Shown here in pieces: positions 7,885-13,456 of a stretch of 13,456 nt of DNA. Under the pieces are notes generated by a model. The model saw nothing but the letters and a program-made list of their open reading frames with translations. It searched no databases and had not been told where the DNA came from. A program made the translations under genes and the position numbers. The first letter of the stretch is position 1; every line of letters starts with the position of its first letter. The DNA is from an uncultured bacterium (GTDB taxonomy: Bacteria > UBP14 > UBA6098 > B30-G16): positions 1-13,456 of the forward strand of contig CBEVQY010000044.1 in assembly GCA_965552135.1 (NCBI GenBank), given 5' to 3'.

Positions 7885-7905
7885 GACCAGGAGGCACTCA
7901 GCCAA

Positions 7906-9396
7906 TCAATCGGCGTCGTCTATCTGGGCGCGCTGAAGCTTGCCCGAGAAGTCTATGTATATGGTCTTCCAGTCGGTGAAGATCTCGTATACGGTCCAGC
8001 CGCCCTCGCGGTGACCGTTGCCGGTGTTCTTAACGCCGCCGAAGGGGAGGTGGCACTCGGCGCCTATGGTCGGTGCGTTCACGTAGGTTATCCCAGCCTC
8101 GAAGTCGCGCGCAGCCTTCATCGCCCAGGAGAGATCCTCGGTGTATATGGCGCTTGAGAGCCCGTAGGACGAGTCGTTCAGGAGCTTAACCCCCTCCTCG
8201 AAGGTCTTAAACTTTGTGACCGCAAGCACAGGACCGAAGATCTCCTCCTGGAAGATGCGCATATCCGGCCTGACGTCGGCGAAGATGGTCGGCTTGTAGA
8301 ACCATCCCTTCGCAAGCTCGCCTTCTTTTGCGGGCTCGCCGCCGCACAAAAGCCTCGCGCCCTCCGATTTCCCTATCTCCACGTAGCTGTGGACGGTCTC
8401 CACCTGCTTTTGATTTATTAGCGGTCCCACGTCGACGGTTTCGTCAAGCCCGTTGCCGAGCTTGAGCTTCTTCGTCGCCTCGACGAGCATGTCGAGGAAT
8501 TTGTCGTGGATCGGCTCGTGGAGGAGGAGTCGGCTCGTGGCGGTGCACCTCTGTCCGGTTGTCCCGAAAGCGCCCCACAAAACCCCCTCAAGCGCAAGCT
8601 CCAGATTGGCGTCCTCCATTATCATCACGGCGTTTTTGCCGCCAAGCTCCAGCGAGATCTTCTTCAAAAGTCTCCCGGCGCGCTCGGCTATATCCCTGCC
8701 GACTTCGACGGAGCCGGTGAACGATATGATCGCGGTATCCGGATGCTCCACAAGCGGGATGCCGACCTTAGACCCGCTCCCGAAGACGACGTTCACAACC
8801 CCGGGCGGAAGCCCCGCCTCCTCCATAAGCTTGACCATCTTGTAGACGGTGTAGGGGGTGTCGGTGGCGGGTTTTATGACGACGGTGTTTCCGGAAACTA
8901 TGGCGGGGAACATCTTCCATGCCGGTATAGCCGATGGGAAGTTCCAGGGGGTTATAAGCCCGGCGACGCCGAGGGGGACGCGCATCGTGTAGGCTACTTT
9001 ATCCGGCAGCTCCGACGGGACGAATGGCGCGAAGAGCCTTCGCGACTCGCCCGCCGCGTAGAAGGCGGTGTCGATAGCCTCTTGGCAGTCGCCGCGCGTC
9101 TCGAGCAGAACCTTGCCCATTTCCCTCGTCATGTCGCGGGCGATGTCCTCCTTGTGCTCAACGAGGAGCTCCCCGATGCGCTGCATGATCTTTCCGCGCT
9201 GCGGCGCAGGGACAAGACGCCACTCCTTGTACGCCTCCTTCGCCGCGGCAACCGCCTTGTCGACATCGCGCGCATCGGAACGCGGGAAAAGACCTATGAC
9301 CTCCTCCCAGTCCGCAGGATTGCGGTTCTCGTACCACTCCCCAGTCGAAGGCTCCACCCACTTGCCGCCGATGTAGTTCAAAAATTTCTCGGGCAT
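7906..9396 (-). CDS. NAD(P)+-dependent aldehyde dehydrogenase family protein
   Basis: Start revised to ATG 9396 (RBS AAAGGAGGAG), 496 aa. Motifs ITPWNFP, IKPA, FTGS..VG, catalytic Glu in LELGGKN, catalytic Cys in GQRCTA, EEIFGPV and PFGGVK.TGNG.REGG. The substrate cannot be assigned from sequence. Confidence 0.96.
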   Translation of the reverse strand: MPEKFLNYIGGKWVEPSTGEWYENRNPADWEEVIGLFPRSDARDVDKAVAAAKEAYKEWRLVPAPQRGKIMQRIGELLVEHKEDIARDMTREMGKVLLETRGDCQEAIDTAFYAAGESRRLFAPFVPSELPDKVAYTMRVPLGVAGLITPWNFPSAIPAWKMFPAIVSGNTVVIKPATDTPYTVYKMVKLMEEAGLPPGVVNVVFGSGSKVGIPLVEHPDTAIISFTGSVEVGRDIAERAGRLLKKISLELGGKNAVMIMEDANLELALEGVLWGAFGTTGQRCTATSRLLLHEPIHDKFLDMLVEATKKLKLGNGLDETVDVGPLINQKQVETVHSYVEIGKSEGARLLCGGEPAKEGELAKGWFYKPTIFADVRPDMRIFQEEIFGPVLAVTKFKTFEEGVKLLNDSSYGLSSAIYTEDLSWAMKAARDFEAGITYVNAPTIGAECHLPFGGVKNTGNGHREGGWTVYEIFTDWKTIYIDFSGKLQRAQIDDAD

Positions 9397-9410
9397 CCGG
9401 CTCCTCCTTT

Positions 9411-10271
9411 CTACTGACCTCCAAAGTTGATCGAATTCAGCACCGCGTTGTCGATGCTTATCTTCGCCTGCATCCAAAGCCTGTTTTGATAGTCGGTGAC
9501 GGCTTGTTGACCTTTCTGCTGGCTGAGTATCTGGCGGATTCTGTCCCTGACCTCGTCGAGGGACAGGTGCCGGGGCGGCTCGGACTCGATGACCTTCACG
9601 ATATAGTACGTCGACCCAACCTCGATGGGCTCCGATATCTGGTTGGTCTCAAGTTTTCGTATCACCTCGCGCGCCTGGGGAACGATCTGTGTCTCGAAGA
9701 ACCATCCGCCGTCGCCTGACCTGTTGTTGCCGACGCCGGGATATTTTGTCACAGCATCGTCCCAGCTTATCTTGCCCTTCGAGAGGTCCTTGTAGAGCTT
9801 TTCCGCCGTCTCCTTGTCGGGGAGAACGAGCTGCGCGATGTGATACCGCCTCGGCAGGTCAAAAAGCGAGTCGTTCTGCTGGTAGTAGTTTTGAATCTCG
9901 GCGTCGGTTACGGCGCTGTTTTGGTTCTGAATCGTGTTTAGGAGCACCTGAGCGTAGATGTCCTCGGCGGCGCGCTCAACCGCAGCCTTGACGAAGTCGA
10001 GGGTGTCTATCCCAAGCTTTTTGGCTTCGGCAACCAGGAGCTTTTTCTTGATGATCGAGTTGAGCAGGTCCATTTTGCCCGATGGGCTTTGCATGACCTG
10101 CTTTTGCGCATCGGGCGAAAGCCTGCCAAGCGCGGAGATGACGTCCGCAACGGTTATCTTCTCCCCGTTGACCTCCGCAACGACGTCGTCGGGCTTGGGA
10201 CCCTCCTGCGCCCAGACAAAAAACGACCCCAGAAGAAATAGCAAAAACACACCAACTGCCCGCATGCGCAT
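9411..10271 (-). CDS. Exported PrsA/SurA-like foldase with a PpiC (parvulin)-type domain
   Basis: Start revised to ATG 10271 (RBS AAGGAGG, downstream of the predicted promoter), 286 aa. Signal peptide ending VWA-QE, VVAEVNGEKIT, LLVAEAKKLGI, VTDAEIQNYYQQN, SGDGGW, QISEPI and SLDEVRDRIRQIL. Confidence 0.88.
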   Translation of the reverse strand: MRMRAVGVFLLFLLGSFFVWAQEGPKPDDVVAEVNGEKITVADVISALGRLSPDAQKQVMQSPSGKMDLLNSIIKKKLLVAEAKKLGIDTLDFVKAAVERAAEDIYAQVLLNTIQNQNSAVTDAEIQNYYQQNDSLFDLPRRYHIAQLVLPDKETAEKLYKDLSKGKISWDDAVTKYPGVGNNRSGDGGWFFETQIVPQAREVIRKLETNQISEPIEVGSTYYIVKVIESEPPRHLSLDEVRDRIRQILSQQKGQQAVTDYQNRLWMQAKISIDNAVLNSINFGGQ

Positions 10272-10305
10272 TACGACCCTCCTTGAAGCTTGAGGTTGAG
10301 TTTCA

Positions 10306-10334
10306 ATAATAGCACCATCCCGCCGAACAGGCAA
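10306..10334 (-). promoter_or_regulatory. sigma70-like extended -10 promoter for the foldase-ALDH-macrodomain-hydrolase cluster
   Basis: Minus strand TTGCCT (10334-10329), 17 nt spacer, TATTAT (10311-10306), with a TGn extension (TGCTATTAT). Confidence 0.75.
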
Positions 10335-10379
10335 GGGGAAAAGATCGACTCATCCTCCAAAGGCAATTCCAAATAACCC

Positions 10380-10408
10380 TTGCCCCTGCGTGGGCATCGA
10401 CTTAAATT
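10380..10408 (+). promoter_or_regulatory. sigma70-like promoter for the vor operon
   Basis: TTGCCC (10380-10385), 17 nt spacer, TAAATT (10403-10408), upstream of RBS GGAGGT (10429-10434). Confidence 0.62.
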
Positions 10409-10438
10409 TTTATCCTTTCGGAAAACCTGGAGGTGAAT

Positions 10439-10648
10439 ATGCCGAGGATGGAGGTCATAGCCGACCACTGCAAGGGGTGCGGTCTTTGCATCGATATCTG
10501 CCCTGTGGGCGCTATCGAGTTTTCGAAGGAGATAAACAAGCTCGGGTACCACCCCGCCAAGTACAAAGGTCAGGGGTGCACGGGCTGCGGGCTTTGCTTC
10601 TACACGTGTCCCGAGCCCGAGGCGATAGTCGTCTACCGCAAGGACTGA
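10439..10648 (+). CDS. 2[4Fe-4S] ferredoxin subunit (delta/VorC-like) of 2-oxoacid:ferredoxin oxidoreductase
   Basis: ATG 10439 after GGAGGT, 69 aa. Motifs [12 protein letters not shown] and [17 protein letters not shown]. First gene of the operon. Confidence 0.93.
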   Translation: MPRMEVIADHCKGCGLCIDICPVGAIEFSKEINKLGYHPAKYKGQGCTGCGLCFYTCPEPEAIVVYRKD

Positions 10649-10664
10649 AAAAAGGAGAACTGCC

Positions 10665-11720
10665 ATGGCCAGGGAACTTATTAAAGGCAACGAGGCTGCG
10701 ATAAAGGCTGCCCTCATTGCGGGCTGCGACGCGTTTTTTGGCTATCCCATAACGCCCGCCTCGGAGATCGCCCACGCGGCGGCGAAGTACTTTCCGCTTG
10801 CGGGCAAAGTCTTCCTCCAGGCGGAGTCGGAGATAGCCTCGATCCAGATGTGCTATGGCGCCGCAGGCTCCGGCTGCCGCGTCATGACGGCATCGTCCGG
10901 ACCAGGACTCTCGCTGAAGCAGGAGGGCATATCCTACTCCGCCGGCTCGGAGCTACCCATAGTTATAATCGATGTCGTCCGCGGCGGACCGGGGCTCGGG
11001 AACATCGCGCCCTCGCAGGCAGACTACAACCAGATAGTCAAAGGCGGCGGGCACGGGAACTACAAAGTCCTGGTCCTTGCGCCAAACTCGCCCCAGGAGA
11101 TGTGCGACCTTACCATACTCGCCTTCGAGCTCGCCGACAAGTACAGAAACCCCGTCGTGATCCTGACCGACGGCTTCAACGGGCAGATGATGGAGCCCGT
11201 GGAGTTCCCAGAACCCAAACCCGTGAAAGTCGACAAGACGAGCTGGGCAGCCATGGGAACGCCGGAGACAAGACGAAACCTCATAAACTCCATCTACCTC
11301 GACCCGCACGAACTGGAGGAGCACAACAAGAAACTCCAAGAGAAGTACCGCAGAATGGAAGAGGAGGAGGTGCGCTTCGAGGAGTACATGCTCGAAGACG
11401 CCCAGGTGGTTGGCATCGCCTACGGCACCGTCTCGAGGATAATGTACAGCGCGGTTGATACGGCGCGAGAGGAGGGGTTTAAGGTCGGCATGCTGCGACC
11501 CATCACGCTTTTCCCCTTCCCCAAAAAGAAGATACGCGAGCTTGCCGAAAGCGACGCCGTCAGGGCTTTCGTCGTCGTGGAGATGTCGAACGGACAGATG
11601 GTCGACGACGTGAGATTGGCTGTGGAGGGCAAAAAGCCCGTCATCTTCTACAACCGAATGGGCGGCGTTGTGCCGAAGGTTCTGGAGCTTGTCGAGCAGT
11701 TCAAGAAGGCTTTTGAATAA
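10665..11720 (+). CDS. vorB: 2-oxoacid:ferredoxin oxidoreductase alpha subunit (3-methyl-2-oxobutanoate dehydrogenase VorB type)
   Basis: 351 aa, RBS AAGGAG. Motifs [61 protein letters not shown] and VEMSNGQM. Confidence 0.9.
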   Translation: MARELIKGNEAAIKAALIAGCDAFFGYPITPASEIAHAAAKYFPLAGKVFLQAESEIASIQMCYGAAGSGCRVMTASSGPGLSLKQEGISYSAGSELPIVIIDVVRGGPGLGNIAPSQADYNQIVKGGGHGNYKVLVLAPNSPQEMCDLTILAFELADKYRNPVVILTDGFNGQMMEPVEFPEPKPVKVDKTSWAAMGTPETRRNLINSIYLDPHELEEHNKKLQEKYRRMEEEEVRFEEYMLEDAQVVGIAYGTVSRIMYSAVDTAREEGFKVGMLRPITLFPFPKKKIRELAESDAVRAFVVVEMSNGQMVDDVRLAVEGKKPVIFYNRMGGVVPKVLELVEQFKKAFE

Positions 11721-11732
11721 AGGAGGAATAAA

Positions 11733-13181
<1,449 letters not shown>

Positions 13182-13189
13182 TCTGAGCT

Positions 13190-13289
13190 CGCGCGGTAAA
13201 CCCCCTGCGGTCAAAAGCGCTGGGCTTAGAGTAGCCATCTAAAGGTTCCCTGGGGGCCGGCTGCGGTTTTTGCCCGCCTCTTCCTCGCG
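13190..13289 (+). other. Candidate structured RNA element / terminator-like region 3' of vorA
   Basis: Nested complementary segments: 13190-13196 with 13283-13289, 13207-13220 with 13263-13277, 13226-13230 with 13238-13242, and 13244-13249 with 13253-13258. T5 tract at 13267-13271. Confidence 0.4.
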
Positions 13290-13326
13290 CGGATTGCAAC
13301 AAAGCGCCGAAAAGGCACCAGCCCCC

Positions 13327-13355
13327 TTGCTCTCCTGCCGTATGGACAGTATAAT
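13327..13355 (+). promoter_or_regulatory. sigma70-like promoter for the downstream gene
   Basis: TTGCTC (13327-13332), 17 nt spacer, consensus TATAAT (13350-13355). Confidence 0.8.
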
Positions 13356-13374
13356 TTAATTGCAGGGACATCAA

Positions 13375-13456
13375 ATGGGGAAGAGGACTATGCTTCGGTT
13401 GGCGCTTTTGTTTTTGCTTTTCGCCTTTCTTTTCGCCCAGTCCGACAGCGTTGTGT
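13375..13456 (+). CDS. 5' end of a secreted protein (partial; alternative in-frame start at 13390)
   Basis: MGKRTMLRLALLFLLFAFLFA-QSDSVV is a typical Sec signal peptide directly downstream of a consensus promoter. Purine-rich RBS candidates precede both ATGs, and the frame is open to the window end. Confidence 0.72.
   Translation, partial: MGKRTMLRLALLFLLFAFLFAQSDSVV

Noticed and set aside
10272..10334. Upstream starts given in the ORF track for the foldase (10334), and likewise ALDH (9477), macrodomain (7897) and ferredoxin (10433)
   Set aside because: Downstream ATGs have clear SD sequences. The extensions overlap a promoter, the neighbouring gene, a hairpin or the SD itself.
13190..13325. 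Possible c-di-GMP-I or cobalamin riboswitch, SRP RNA or 6S RNA
   Set aside because: Only fragmentary resemblance. Key conserved elements (the GNRA-capped P2 with GCAAA, the AGGGAA and B12 box, the SRP GGAA-loop motif, ~180 nt 6S length) were not found.

Overview
Bacterial chromosomal window, roughly 60% GC by eye, probably from an anaerobic diderm. The left third is a large minus-strand ORF that the supplied ORF track omits because it runs off the window: ATG at 4117, no in-frame stop down to position 1, more than 1372 aa. It encodes a secreted, acidic, almost lysine-free multidomain protein with two MAM/cleaved-adhesin-like beta-sandwiches, an Ig domain apparently split by the second sandwich, and a repeated four-domain Ig/FN3 supermodule with paired cysteines. 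It is transcribed divergently from priA. Converging on priA is a four-gene minus-strand cluster: a degenerate PrsA/PpiC-type foldase, an aldehyde dehydrogenase, a MacroD/YmdB-type macrodomain protein and a secreted alpha/beta hydrolase with an atypical nucleophile elbow. Divergent from that cluster is a Vor-type 2-oxoacid:ferredoxin oxidoreductase operon (ferredoxin, alpha, fused beta-gamma), then a structured intergenic element and the start of another secreted protein. Five sigma70-like promoters are visible, and GGCC is strongly depleted across the window. No mobile element, CRISPR array, tRNA or rRNA was found.
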